From: Acidimicrobiia bacterium
Lineage (GTDB): Bacteria > Actinomycetota > Acidimicrobiia > Spongiisociales > ZC4RG35
Direction of reading: 5' to 3'
Length of the DNA: 64,000 nucleotides
NCBI GenBank assembly: GCA_035253825.1
Contig: DATFBM010000012.1
Span: 22,054 to 86,053, forward strand
Under the pieces are notes generated by a model. It was not told the origin of the DNA, made no database searches, and saw only the letters and a program-made list of their open reading frames with translations. Each line of letters opens with the position of its first letter. The stretch's first letter is position 1. This document shows positions 30,037 to 38,962 of the stretch, in pieces. The translations under genes were made by a program, and so were the position numbers.

Positions 30037-30651
30037 ATGTGGCTGGTGATAACCGCCTGGGTCGCGGCTTTTCTCGTCTTCTCGTCATTTTTCATGAAGA
30101 CGATGATCCCTTTGCGGATCGTGGCGATCGTGAGCAACGTGGCCTTTATCACCTACGCCCTATTGGGGATCACATACGGCATCTTCGATCGGGTCTATCC
30201 GATCCTGGTGCTCCATGCCTGCCTGCTGCCGCTCAATCTCTTCCGACTACGCCAGCTCAAGCGCCTGACTGCAGCCGTCCAGCAGGCGACGCACGAGGAC
30301 GTGCTCCAGTCACTCATCCCCTACATGAAGACCGAAACGCATCCGAAGGGAAAGGTGCTGTTCCGGCAGGGCGACCCGGCCGACCGCTTCTACATGATCC
30401 AGGAAGGGCGGGTGCTTTTTCCGGAGATTGACAAGCGCATCGGACCCGGGGAAGTCTTCGGCGAGGTAGGTTTGTTCGCCCCCCAAGGCGTCCGAGCGCT
30501 CACCGCCATCTGCGAGGAGGCGTGTCGTCTTTCGGTGATCTCGGGCGAAAAAGTGCTGGAGCTCTACTACCAAAACCCCAAGTTCGGCCTCTTCTTGATT
30601 CGTCTCGTCTCCGGTCTCGTCATCGAAGATCGGCCCGGAGCGACCACGTGA
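30037..30651 (+). CDS. Small membrane protein with C-terminal cyclic-nucleotide-binding (cNMP) domain
   Basis: ATG 30037 follows GGGAGG. About 3 N-terminal TM helices, then KGKVLFRQGDPADRFYMIQEGRV...GPGEVFGEVGLF...RALTAIC (cNMP-binding beta-barrel). Confidence 0.75.
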   Translation: MWLVITAWVAAFLVFSSFFMKTMIPLRIVAIVSNVAFITYALLGITYGIFDRVYPILVLHACLLPLNLFRLRQLKRLTAAVQQATHEDVLQSLIPYMKTETHPKGKVLFRQGDPADRFYMIQEGRVLFPEIDKRIGPGEVFGEVGLFAPQGVRALTAICEEACRLSVISGEKVLELYYQNPKFGLFLIRLVSGLVIEDRPGATT

Positions 30652-30675
30652 CCATGACGAGCGTCGTTTCCCTGA

Positions 30676-31028
30676 CTAGAGCAGGAGATTGGCAAGCTGA
30701 CGCCAGGAGTCGACGGGGTCGTTGTCGAGGACATAGACGGCCAGGTGATCGGCGCCGGCCTCGAGGTGAGCGGTGAGACCGGTGACCACGGTCTCGGGAG
30801 GGGCATGAATCACCAATGCATCGACCAAGCGATTGCTCCTCCGGCTGCCAAATCGGAGGAGTCCCAGCCTTCCCGAAGCAGATTGCGCCGATAGTTCGAC
30901 AGACGCAGGTAACGCGCAACGATTGTCCTTGCCTCGGGCGGCGCAGGCGATGCGCCGGAGGTGAGTACCACCATAGGCGTCGGCGCCAGCAGCGATCCGG
31001 GACCCATCACCTGGCGGGCGAAGGCTTC
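30676..31028 (-). pseudogene. Remnant of an LLM-class F420-dependent oxidoreductase (C-terminal third only, plus a 1-nt frameshift)
   Basis: Two frames together read EAFARQVMGPGSLLAPTPMVVLTSGASPAPPEARTIVARYLRLSNYRRNLLREGWDSSDLAAGG / SNRLVDALVIHAPPETVVTGLTAHLEAGADHLAVYVLDN. This matches my recollection of the C-terminus of this family. The frame switches near 30835-30842. There is no N-terminal part, because the neighbouring gene's stop codon abuts it in frame. Confidence 0.6.
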
Positions 31029-32504
31029 TCACCCCATCTCTTCTCGTTGGGCCGGTCCGAACCAGGTCGCCAGCGCTTCGGGCAATTTTGAGTCCGTGAG
31101 CGCTCCCGCCCAGGCGACGTATCCGTCGGGTCGAATCAGCACTGCCGGTGGGGCGGGAACCTCGCCCAGAACCGGGAGCTCCCAGGAGCCGCCATAGCTG
31201 GCATTGACCAACAACACCCGACCGGCCCACGGAGAAATATCGCCGCCACCGGGCTGTCCCAGGTTGAGGAGGACGGGGCGGGCATCGTGGAGCAGGTTGT
31301 AAACCCGCATCGGGCCGTCGGTGGTGTCCAAGTCAAGATCGGGCATGCGCCTCCCGAGCAGGGGATGTCCCTCTCCGAGGTCGTATGAGATGTCCAGCCC
31401 CGAGATCATCCCGGCAATGCGCTTGCGCGGTTGGTCCATGGCCAGCATTTCCAGGACAGTGTCCCGGAGAGCCCGGCTGCGCTCGTCGATGCGCATCAAG
31501 GCAACCTGCGCCATGGTGTTTTGCAAAACCCGGGCGCCGACCGGATGCCGTTCGGCGTGGTAGGTATCGAGGAAGCTCGCGGGGGAGAACCCTTTCACCA
31601 CCTGGGCCAGCTTCCATCCCAGGTTCACGGCATCCTGGACGCCGGTATTGAGGCCTTGTCCACCTTGGGGGCCGTGCACATGAGCGGCGTCACCCGCCAG
31701 CAGCACCCGTCCCGCCCGGTAGGACGCCGCCTGCCTGGTCATGTCGGTGAACCGTGAAATCCAGTTGGGACTGTGCACGCCGAAGTCTGTCCCGTAGGCA
31801 GCGACGAGCGCCTCCCTCAAATCTCGGAGGCTGGGCTGACTCGCATGCTCGATCTGCTTCTCGAGCAACACGACCCCATAGGGTCCTCCTCCCTTCTCCC
31901 GGTTGACCGGCCCAATGCCGCCACCCTCGGGGCGCATGCCGATCTCCGGCTCCTCGTCCATTTCCGCCTCGGCGATCATGTAGCTGGCCGTCGGGTCCCA
32001 CCCGGGGAATTCGATGCCGGCCGCCTTCCGAACCAGGCTCCGGCCCCCGTCGCAGCCAACGAGATAAGTCGCTCGGAGCGAGCTCTCGTCGGACAGCTCC
32101 ATAGAAACATCCGTTTCGTCTTGGGTGAAGCCCACCACTTCTCGGCTCCGAAGGATGGGGACCCCGAGCTCGTCGACCCATCCCGCCAGGATGGGCTCGA
32201 TCCGGCTTTGCCAGAGGGCCAGGATGTAGTTGTGGCGGGTGGGAAAGTCGCTGATGTCTAAGAAAGTCCCGGCATAGCCCACGAAGGGATGTATTTGGCC
32301 CTCGGCCAAGAACCGATCGGCGATGCCACGCTGATCGAGCACTTCGATAGTCCGCGAATGGAGGCCCCCCGATCGTGACCCGTCGAGATCCTGGGTGGCC
32401 CGTCGTTCGACGATGACGACCTCGATCCCTGCCAACGCCAGCTCCCCCGCCAGCATCAACCCAGTCGGACCCCCTCCGGCGATTACTACCGAGTGCTCGG
32501 TCAA
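31029..32504 (-). CDS. FAD-dependent aromatic-ring monooxygenase (group A; Rox/RdmE-like)
   Basis: VVIAGGGPTGLMLAGELALAGIEVVIVERR, LLAGDAAHVHGPQGGQGLNTGVQDAVNLGWKL. Confidence 0.85.
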   Translation of the reverse strand: MTEHSVVIAGGGPTGLMLAGELALAGIEVVIVERRATQDLDGSRSGGLHSRTIEVLDQRGIADRFLAEGQIHPFVGYAGTFLDISDFPTRHNYILALWQSRIEPILAGWVDELGVPILRSREVVGFTQDETDVSMELSDESSLRATYLVGCDGGRSLVRKAAGIEFPGWDPTASYMIAEAEMDEEPEIGMRPEGGGIGPVNREKGGGPYGVVLLEKQIEHASQPSLRDLREALVAAYGTDFGVHSPNWISRFTDMTRQAASYRAGRVLLAGDAAHVHGPQGGQGLNTGVQDAVNLGWKLAQVVKGFSPASFLDTYHAERHPVGARVLQNTMAQVALMRIDERSRALRDTVLEMLAMDQPRKRIAGMISGLDISYDLGEGHPLLGRRMPDLDLDTTDGPMRVYNLLHDARPVLLNLGQPGGGDISPWAGRVLLVNASYGGSWELPVLGEVPAPPAVLIRPDGYVAWAGALTDSKLPEALATWFGPAQREEMG

Positions 32505-32565
32505 CGCTGCTCCCCGGTACGACTCGCTGGAGTCCGATTACGCCGGATGGCGCGGGTGCCAAGCC

Positions 32566-33303
32566 TCATTGCGGGCTGAGAACGGCGAACTCGTTTCCGT
32601 CGGGATCTGCCAATTGCAATCCGGGAGGGCCTTCCTGACTGACGACCCTGCTGGCCCCGAGGGCGGTCAGGCGATCGACCGCGGTTTCCTCTCCATCATC
32701 CGCCCGGAGATCGAGGTGGAGACGATTCATTCCGGCTGCCACCTCCCCAGGAGGCCCGAAGGTGATGAATGGTCCCCGACCGTTGGGAGCACGGATCGCA
32801 ACATCGCCGTCTTGGTCGTAGACAACGGGCCAACCGATCGCTTCTCCCCAGAAGTAGCCGGTGGCTGGATTGGCCGGCTCGAAGACGACTGCTCCGAGGA
32901 ATTCGGTGTCGGCTAGAAACTCCCCGCGCAGAACGATGCAGAACTCGTTGCCTTCGGGATCACCCAGCACCACGTGCTCGGCATCGGGGCCTTGCCCGAT
33001 ATCGACACGCCGAGCGCCGAGCGAAATCAAGCGGTCGACGATCTCTCGCTGGTGGTCGACGGATTCGCTGACCAAATCGAGATGGATCGGATTCTTCGTG
33101 GTCTTCGGTTCCCGAACCTGGCGGAAGGCAAGCTTGAAGGGAGTGCCATCGGTTGGCAGTACGTACATCTCCTCACGGAACTCCCGTCCCAAATCCCAAC
33201 CGAGGGCGCTCGCCCAGAAGCTGGCAAGGGAAACGGGGTCGTTGGCGTCAAAGCGGAGGTTGGCAAACCTCATTGTCATCTCAGGGCCGGAGCTGGGGTC
33301 CAC
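32566..33303 (-). CDS. Two-domain VOC family protein
   Basis: Duplicated glyoxalase-like halves (...HLDL...DRLISLGARRV...DPEGNEFCI and ...HLDLRA...DRLTALGASRV...DPDGNEFAV). The start could be the internal MTMRF. Confidence 0.75.
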   Translation of the reverse strand: MDPSSGPEMTMRFANLRFDANDPVSLASFWASALGWDLGREFREEMYVLPTDGTPFKLAFRQVREPKTTKNPIHLDLVSESVDHQREIVDRLISLGARRVDIGQGPDAEHVVLGDPEGNEFCIVLRGEFLADTEFLGAVVFEPANPATGYFWGEAIGWPVVYDQDGDVAIRAPNGRGPFITFGPPGEVAAGMNRLHLDLRADDGEETAVDRLTALGASRVVSQEGPPGLQLADPDGNEFAVLSPQ

Positions 33304-33740
33304 TACTCCTTGGCTGAGGTGTTGAACATCCAGCGCACCCCGTACTTATCCATCAGGGAGCCGAAGTAGTCGCCCCAGAATTGCTCACCGAGGTTCATCT
33401 CGATGGTGGCGCCCTCGCTCAGCGCGGCGAAATAGCGGTCGGCGTCGCGGCGACTGTCGAGCTCCAGCATGATGTAAACGTTGTTGCCCTGATCGACAGT
33501 GAATCCCATGGACTCAGGGGCATCGGTCCCGTGCAGCATGTAATCGTCGACGATCGGGAGCTGAATATGCATGATCAGGTTCTTGTCAGACTCGCTCAGC
33601 TCCGGCTGGCCCGGCTGGGGTGGCGCATCTCCCAGCCGAGAAATGTCTCCCACGAAATCGGTGCCGAAGATCGATTTGTAAAAGTTGAACGCCTCTTCAG
33701 TCTGGTTGGCGAAGTTGAGGTAGGTGCTTACCCGAGCCAT
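33303..33740 (-). CDS. VOC superfamily protein (PhnB-like)
   Basis: ATG 33740 is preceded by AGGAGG. MARVSTYLNFANQTEEAFNFYKSIFG...FWGDYFGSLMDKYGVRWMFN. The 294-aa listed ORF is an N-terminal over-extension. Confidence 0.8.
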   Translation of the reverse strand: MARVSTYLNFANQTEEAFNFYKSIFGTDFVGDISRLGDAPPQPGQPELSESDKNLIMHIQLPIVDDYMLHGTDAPESMGFTVDQGNNVYIMLELDSRRDADRYFAALSEGATIEMNLGEQFWGDYFGSLMDKYGVRWMFNTSAKE

Positions 33741-33872
33741 CTTTTCCCTCCTTGGAAGAGCGTGATGCCAGGTTAAGCACCCCCTGAGGCTCTCGAACGG
33801 GGTGCACTCCGTAGGGACCAACTCCTCATTCGATGCGATCGAGGTTTTGCCCATCGTTAGCGTGCAGCGGTT

Positions 33873-35111
33873 GTGGGTCGAATCGTCGAAGCCATAGCTC
33901 CGAGTCGTCTCGGGCGGGACTTTCGATGGCTCTTCGCCGCCTCCTGGGCCACCAACATCGGGGACGGCATCGCGGTGGCAGCGGGACCGCTCCTGATGGC
34001 GGCCCAGACCAGCGATCCCGGGCTTGTCGCCCTGGCCCTCCTCGTCCAACGCCTCCCCTACCTGCTCATCGGTCTGTACGTGGGAGTCCTGGCTGATCGA
34101 CTCAACCGAAGGCGAATCGCGATCGTGGTCAACGCCTTGCGGGCTCTGGTGGTCGCCACCCTGGCGGTGATCATCGCCAGCGAACAAGCCAACGTGGTCG
34201 TCGTTCTGACAACTCTCTTCATTTTGGGTATCGCCGAAGTCTTCGCTGACATCACCAAGGCGACGCTCCTCCCCATGGTCGTGGCGGAGAGAGACCTCGG
34301 AGTGGCGAACGCCCGAACCGTTTCCGGATTCATCACGGCCAACCAGCTCGTGGGACCCTCAATCGGGGCCTTCTTGTTCGCAGTCGGGATGGCCGTACCG
34401 TTTGGTGCTCAGGCGATGTGCATGGCTCTGGGGGCGGTGCTTGTCTCCCGGATCGCGCGAACACCATCGGTGAACTCAGGCAAGCCCTCGCACCTCGGGC
34501 GCGACCTCAAGGAAGGATGGCGCTGGCTCTGGAACCACGCCCCGCTTCGCACCCTGGCGGTAACGGTCTTCGTCTTCAATATCACTTTTGGTGCCGCCTG
34601 GTCCGTCCTGGTTCTAATTGCAATCGACCGCCTCCAGGTCGGCGAGGGGGGCTACGGATTGATGATCACAGCCGGTGCGATTGGAGGGCTCATCGGATCC
34701 GCCGCCTACGGTGCCCTGGAGTCGCGGTTCAGCCTGGCCGACCTCATGCGAGTGGGTCTGGTGGTCGAATGCCTCACCCACTTGACCCTGGCAACCACTA
34801 CCACACCGTGGTTGGGGATGGCCATCCTCTTCCTGTTCGGGGCCCATAACTCGATCTGGGGAACCACGACCACCACGATTCGCCAGCGAGCCGTGCCTGC
34901 CGACTTCCTGGGACGAGTCAGCAGCATCAACCAACTCGGATCCTATGGGGGACTGGTAGCGGGCGCGGCATTGGGTGGGGTTGTCGCCCGCAGTTGGGGC
35001 GTCACCGGGCCCTTCTGGTTCGCCGGCATCGGCTCGGCGGTCACGCTCGTCCTGATCTGGCGTCAACTCTCTCACATCGCCCATGCTGGAGCCGAGCGCT
35101 CGTTGAGCTGA
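33873..35111 (+). CDS. MFS transporter
   Basis: 412 aa with 12 TM segments and LADRLNRRR loop motif. Confidence 0.8.
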   Translation: MGRIVEAIAPSRLGRDFRWLFAASWATNIGDGIAVAAGPLLMAAQTSDPGLVALALLVQRLPYLLIGLYVGVLADRLNRRRIAIVVNALRALVVATLAVIIASEQANVVVVLTTLFILGIAEVFADITKATLLPMVVAERDLGVANARTVSGFITANQLVGPSIGAFLFAVGMAVPFGAQAMCMALGAVLVSRIARTPSVNSGKPSHLGRDLKEGWRWLWNHAPLRTLAVTVFVFNITFGAAWSVLVLIAIDRLQVGEGGYGLMITAGAIGGLIGSAAYGALESRFSLADLMRVGLVVECLTHLTLATTTTPWLGMAILFLFGAHNSIWGTTTTTIRQRAVPADFLGRVSSINQLGSYGGLVAGAALGGVVARSWGVTGPFWFAGIGSAVTLVLIWRQLSHIAHAGAERSLS

Positions 35112-35149
35112 CCTCGCTCACCCATGTTGTCGACCGGGGCGCTTGAGGG

Positions 35150-36022
35150 TTGGATGTGCCGATGCGAGAGGTCAGAGCAGTGGACTTTGAAGCAGTGGTG
35201 CTGGCGACAAGCTTGTTGCAGCGCGCTCGTCTAGCTCACCATCACGCCGGCCTCTGGGAAGCCGCCGACGTGCAGTGGTGGTGGCGCCAGCCGCGACAAT
35301 CCGACGAAGTCGAGAAGCTCTTCTGGGTCGACGAGGAAGGGCCGGTTGTCGGAGTCCTCCTGACGAGCTGGATCGATCAGGCCTGGCAATGCGATCCAGT
35401 CATCGTCCCCGGGGCGCCGGGGCTCCATCCAGACCTGGTGTGGACCCGGGCAATCGAGCACGCCGAAAGGCACGTGGACACAAGATTCGAAGTGCCAGTG
35501 AGCGACGATGATCGAGCGTTCACAGAGCTGGCCCAGCGAGCCGGGCTCACCGCCGGCGGCCGAGACTCCACCGCCTGGATGGACGCTGCCCATCGGCCGC
35601 CCACATCGGCTCTACCTGCGGACTTCGTAGTGGTCGATCGGACTCAGCGGCGGGACACCCCGCATCCGCTACGCCGTCGAAATGGGGACGGGGTGGCGCA
35701 GCGACTCGCCCAGTGTCCCCTTTACGACCCGGAGCTCGATCTCGCGGTCGAGACCGCCGATGGGGTGGTCGCCGGCTACTCGCTGTACTGGTTTGACCCG
35801 ACCACAAAGGTGGGACTCGTCGAACCCGTCAGGGTCGAAGAGGAGTTTCAACGGCGAGGTCTCGCACGAGCGATGCTGACTGCCGGAATCGATCGCCTCT
35901 TCAAGAGAGGAGCCCAGCGGGTGAAGGTCTCATACGAAACCGACTCCGCCGGCGCTCTCTATCAAGGTGTCGGGTTCCGGCCGACATCTACCGCCACTTG
36001 GTATCGATCCTTGCCCAATTAG
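35150..36022 (+). CDS. GNAT family N-acetyltransferase
   Basis: VRVEEEFQRRGLARAMLTAGIDRLFKRGAQRVKVSY (acetyl-CoA binding motif A region). Confidence 0.75.
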   Translation: MDVPMREVRAVDFEAVVLATSLLQRARLAHHHAGLWEAADVQWWWRQPRQSDEVEKLFWVDEEGPVVGVLLTSWIDQAWQCDPVIVPGAPGLHPDLVWTRAIEHAERHVDTRFEVPVSDDDRAFTELAQRAGLTAGGRDSTAWMDAAHRPPTSALPADFVVVDRTQRRDTPHPLRRRNGDGVAQRLAQCPLYDPELDLAVETADGVVAGYSLYWFDPTTKVGLVEPVRVEEEFQRRGLARAMLTAGIDRLFKRGAQRVKVSYETDSAGALYQGVGFRPTSTATWYRSLPN

Positions 36023-36049
36023 CCGGCGGCCCGCCACCGCGTTCGTTGG

Positions 36050-36553
36050 TTGACCGCCCCCGTCATCCGTAGAAAACTCGTCGCCGTGAGCTATGGCTGG
36101 TGGGTTTTCATTCATCTGGTCGGCGTGGTGGGCTTCGTGGCTGCTCACGGCACCTCCATGGCAGCGACCGTGCTCATGCGTCGCATACGTGATCCGCAGC
36201 AGGTTTCGGGGATCCTCCAGCTCAGCGCCGCCACGGTGAATGCCTTCTACATCTCGACCCTGGTGTTGTTGGTGGGCGGGATCGGTGCCGGGATTCAGGG
36301 CAGGTGGTTCTCTCGGGGTTGGATCTGGGTCTCGCTCGGCTTGCTGATCGGCGTCGGAATCCTGATGTTTCCCATGGCTCGTGGACACTTCCGGCGCGTC
36401 CGAATGGTTCTGGAGCTGATGGGGAGCGGAACCACGGTTACGGGCGACGACTTCGCCCGGGTGCTGAACTCAGGCAACCCGATCCTCACGGCGGGGACCG
36501 GAGTGGTTGCCTTGCTTCTTATCGTCTATCTAATGGTGATGAAGCCCTTTTGA
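36050..36553 (+). CDS. Hypothetical 4-TM membrane protein
   Basis: 167 aa, hydrophobic. TTGA overlap with the following gene. Confidence 0.6.
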   Translation: MTAPVIRRKLVAVSYGWWVFIHLVGVVGFVAAHGTSMAATVLMRRIRDPQQVSGILQLSAATVNAFYISTLVLLVGGIGAGIQGRWFSRGWIWVSLGLLIGVGILMFPMARGHFRRVRMVLELMGSGTTVTGDDFARVLNSGNPILTAGTGVVALLLIVYLMVMKPF

Positions 36554-37560
36554 GCGCCTATCGCCGCCTCCTGGTCGGGGCGCATGGGACGGCGACCTCG
36601 GCGGTGGCCGAGGAAGTCGCTTCCCGTCTCGCCAATCAACTTGGGGCCGGTCTGACCCTCGTCCACGTCGGTGACGACCCGGTAGCCAGTGCCAAGATCC
36701 TGGAGGAAGCGGTGGAGCGAGCCCGGAAGTCAGGGGTCGAAGCCGAGACTGTCCAACACCAGGGTGAGATCGCCCAATCGATCATGACGGCCGCCACCGA
36801 GCGGCTAGCCGATCTCTTGGTTATCGGGGACCACGGAATAGGGTCGGGGAGTCGGTTCGCGATGGGGGGTATTCCCGATCAGGTGGCTCATAACACCCCA
36901 ATCGACATCTTGGTGGTGAGGACAAGCGATCCCCAGAATCGTCCGCCCAGCTACCGAAAGGTCTTGATCGGCACTGACGGGTCTCTAACCGCCCATCAGG
37001 CAGCGCGTCATGGTCATGCCCTGGCGGAAGCACTCGGAGCCGCGGTCAGCTTGATGTTCGTGGGAGACCCACTGATTGGAGACATTGTCCTTCGCGACAC
37101 TTCCGCTCGCCTCGGTGGCGAGAAGATGAACCTCATCGTGGCCAAGGGCAACCCCTCGGCCAAGATCTCGAAGGCGGCCGGCGATCACGACCTGGTGGTG
37201 GTTGGCAGCAAGGGAATGACCGGATCTCGGCGCTACATCCAGCGAGTGGTCCCAAACCGGGTGGCGCACGACGCCCCATGCGACGTGCTCATCGCCAAGA
37301 CCGTGGGTCGCCAATTCTTCGACCTCCGTCCCGGCGAAGGCGCCGTGGTCGAGGTGGAAGGAGAGAGGGTGGCGGCCTACCTCCACGAAGACGGTTCGAC
37401 CTACCTACTTTCGGCTCGTTGCACCCACATGGGCTGTGTGGTCGGATGGAACAGCCGTGCCCGAACCTGGGACTGCCCATGCCACGGCTCCCGATACGAC
37501 TATGCCGGGGCTGTGATCAACGGTCCCGCCGCCAGGCCGCTCCCCCCACTCGAAGCCTGA
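36550..37560 (+). CDS. Tandem universal stress protein (USP) domains fused to a C-terminal Rieske [2Fe-2S] domain
   Basis: Two USP halves (...LLVIGDHGIGSGSRFAMGGIPDQVAHNTPIDILVV and ...LVVVGSKGMTGSRRYIQRVVPNRVAHDAPCDVLI), then CTHMGC...CPCHGSRY. TTG start at 36550; the upstream part of the listed ORF overlaps the previous gene. Confidence 0.8.
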   Translation: MSAYRRLLVGAHGTATSAVAEEVASRLANQLGAGLTLVHVGDDPVASAKILEEAVERARKSGVEAETVQHQGEIAQSIMTAATERLADLLVIGDHGIGSGSRFAMGGIPDQVAHNTPIDILVVRTSDPQNRPPSYRKVLIGTDGSLTAHQAARHGHALAEALGAAVSLMFVGDPLIGDIVLRDTSARLGGEKMNLIVAKGNPSAKISKAAGDHDLVVVGSKGMTGSRRYIQRVVPNRVAHDAPCDVLIAKTVGRQFFDLRPGEGAVVEVEGERVAAYLHEDGSTYLLSARCTHMGCVVGWNSRARTWDCPCHGSRYDYAGAVINGPAARPLPPLEA

Positions 37561-37615
37561 GGCGATCGGGCATACCGCAACGGGCCTGCCCCCCACATCG
37601 ACGTATCCTCGCGCG

Positions 37616-38899
37616 GTGACGTACCTCAGGAGCCTCGGCGACCGCCTCGCCACGATCGGAGCCGAGCCGTCCGACGACGACGATACGCGCCACCGCAAAG
37701 CACTTCTTGTCCGGATCGCGGTTCTAATCCTGCCGATCTCTTTCCTGTGGGCCGGCCTGTATCTGGCATTCGGCGCCTGGTCAGGCTCGTTGGCGCTGCT
37801 CTACGCGGTGATCTCGATCGGGTCCATCGCTCTTTTCGCCCGGAACGGCAACTTCCGTCAACTCTTGCGCATCCAACTCGCGGACATCCTCCTCGCCCCT
37901 ACGGTCTCGATGATCGCCCTCGGCGGCTTCTTGCCCGGCGGGTCACCCGGCATTTGGGGCATCCTCGCCCCGCTCGGCGCGCTGGTCTTCGATGGCGTGC
38001 GCGCCGGCATCCGATGGTTCTTGGCCTTCATCACCATCTTCCTGGCGTCGGGGGTTGCCGGCATCGCTTTGGGGATCTCGTCCCCGCTGCCGGAATGGTT
38101 CTCCGGTCTTCTCCTGGCGCTGAACGTCACTGTCGGCGGGACGATCTTCTTCACATTGCTGGTTCTGTTCGCGAGGCAGCGCGAGGAGGCGTTGACCGCT
38201 CTCCGGTCAGAACAACAGCGGTCCGAGGGACTGCTCCTGAACATCCTTCCCACTTCGATCGCCGACCGGCTCAAAGGCGAGGCTCGTACCATCGCCGACC
38301 AGTTCGCGGCCGCCTCGGTGCTGTTCGCAGATGTGGTCGATTTCACCGCCCGCTCGAAGGATCTGCCAGCTGCCGAGATCGTCGGTCTCCTCGATCGGCT
38401 TTTCAGCCATTTCGACACCTTGGCTGAGCGGCACGGGCTCGAGAAGATCAAAACCATCGGCGATGCCTACATGGTCGCCGCCGGGGTCCCGATTCCGAGG
38501 CCGGACCACGCCCGGGCTATTGCATTGGTGGCACTCGATATGGTCAGTTCGACCGCCCCCGGTGGCCCTTGTGGCGACCTTGGTTTCGAACTGCGTATCG
38601 GGATCAACTCGGGGCCGGTCGTGGCCGGCATCATTGGTCGGCACAAGTTCCTCTACGACCTGTGGGGAGACGCGGTGAACACGGCATCTCGGATGGAGTC
38701 GGGTGGCACACCAGGTCGGATCCAGGTCACCCGGCCCACCTACGAGTTGCTGAAGGATGAGTTCGAATTGGAGCGGCGGGGAACGATCAAGGTCAAGGGC
38801 AAAGGCGAAATGGAGACTTGGTACCTCTTAGGGAGATCCCTGGACGCCCACGAATCTCAGAGCACCAGACAGGCGCTGGCTGATCGCATAGCGAAATGA
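37616..38899 (+). CDS. Membrane-anchored class III adenylate cyclase (6 TM plus catalytic domain)
   Basis: VLFADVVDFT...KIKTIGDAYMVAAG...LWGDAVNTASRMES are canonical class III motifs, including Lys/Asp specificity positions and the Asn. Confidence 0.85.
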   Translation: MTYLRSLGDRLATIGAEPSDDDDTRHRKALLVRIAVLILPISFLWAGLYLAFGAWSGSLALLYAVISIGSIALFARNGNFRQLLRIQLADILLAPTVSMIALGGFLPGGSPGIWGILAPLGALVFDGVRAGIRWFLAFITIFLASGVAGIALGISSPLPEWFSGLLLALNVTVGGTIFFTLLVLFARQREEALTALRSEQQRSEGLLLNILPTSIADRLKGEARTIADQFAAASVLFADVVDFTARSKDLPAAEIVGLLDRLFSHFDTLAERHGLEKIKTIGDAYMVAAGVPIPRPDHARAIALVALDMVSSTAPGGPCGDLGFELRIGINSGPVVAGIIGRHKFLYDLWGDAVNTASRMESGGTPGRIQVTRPTYELLKDEFELERRGTIKVKGKGEMETWYLLGRSLDAHESQSTRQALADRIAK

Positions 38900-38962
38900 T
38901 GCTGGGGTTGCCATCGCCACCTCGTACATGGCGCAATGTCAAGATCGACCAAAGGAGAACAA

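Noticed and set aside
30037-30651. Possible Pycsar antiphage system (cyclase plus cNMP-binding TM effector).
   Set aside because: No cyclase gene is adjacent or co-oriented with the effector-like gene. The three cyclases have housekeeping-type architectures. I kept it only as a low-priority hypothesis in the findings.
30676-31230. 184-aa minus-strand ORF listed in the track.
   Set aside because: Only its last 50 or so codons look protein-like (LLM C-terminus). The rest overlaps the 3' end of the FAD monooxygenase gene out of frame. I interpreted it as part of a frameshifted gene remnant rather than a CDS.
33741-34187. N-terminal 149 codons of listed ORF 33303..34187.
   Set aside because: The sequence is Arg/Gly/Asp-rich and lies antisense to the MFS gene start. 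A perfect AGGAGG-ATG at 33740 gives a normal-length PhnB-like protein.
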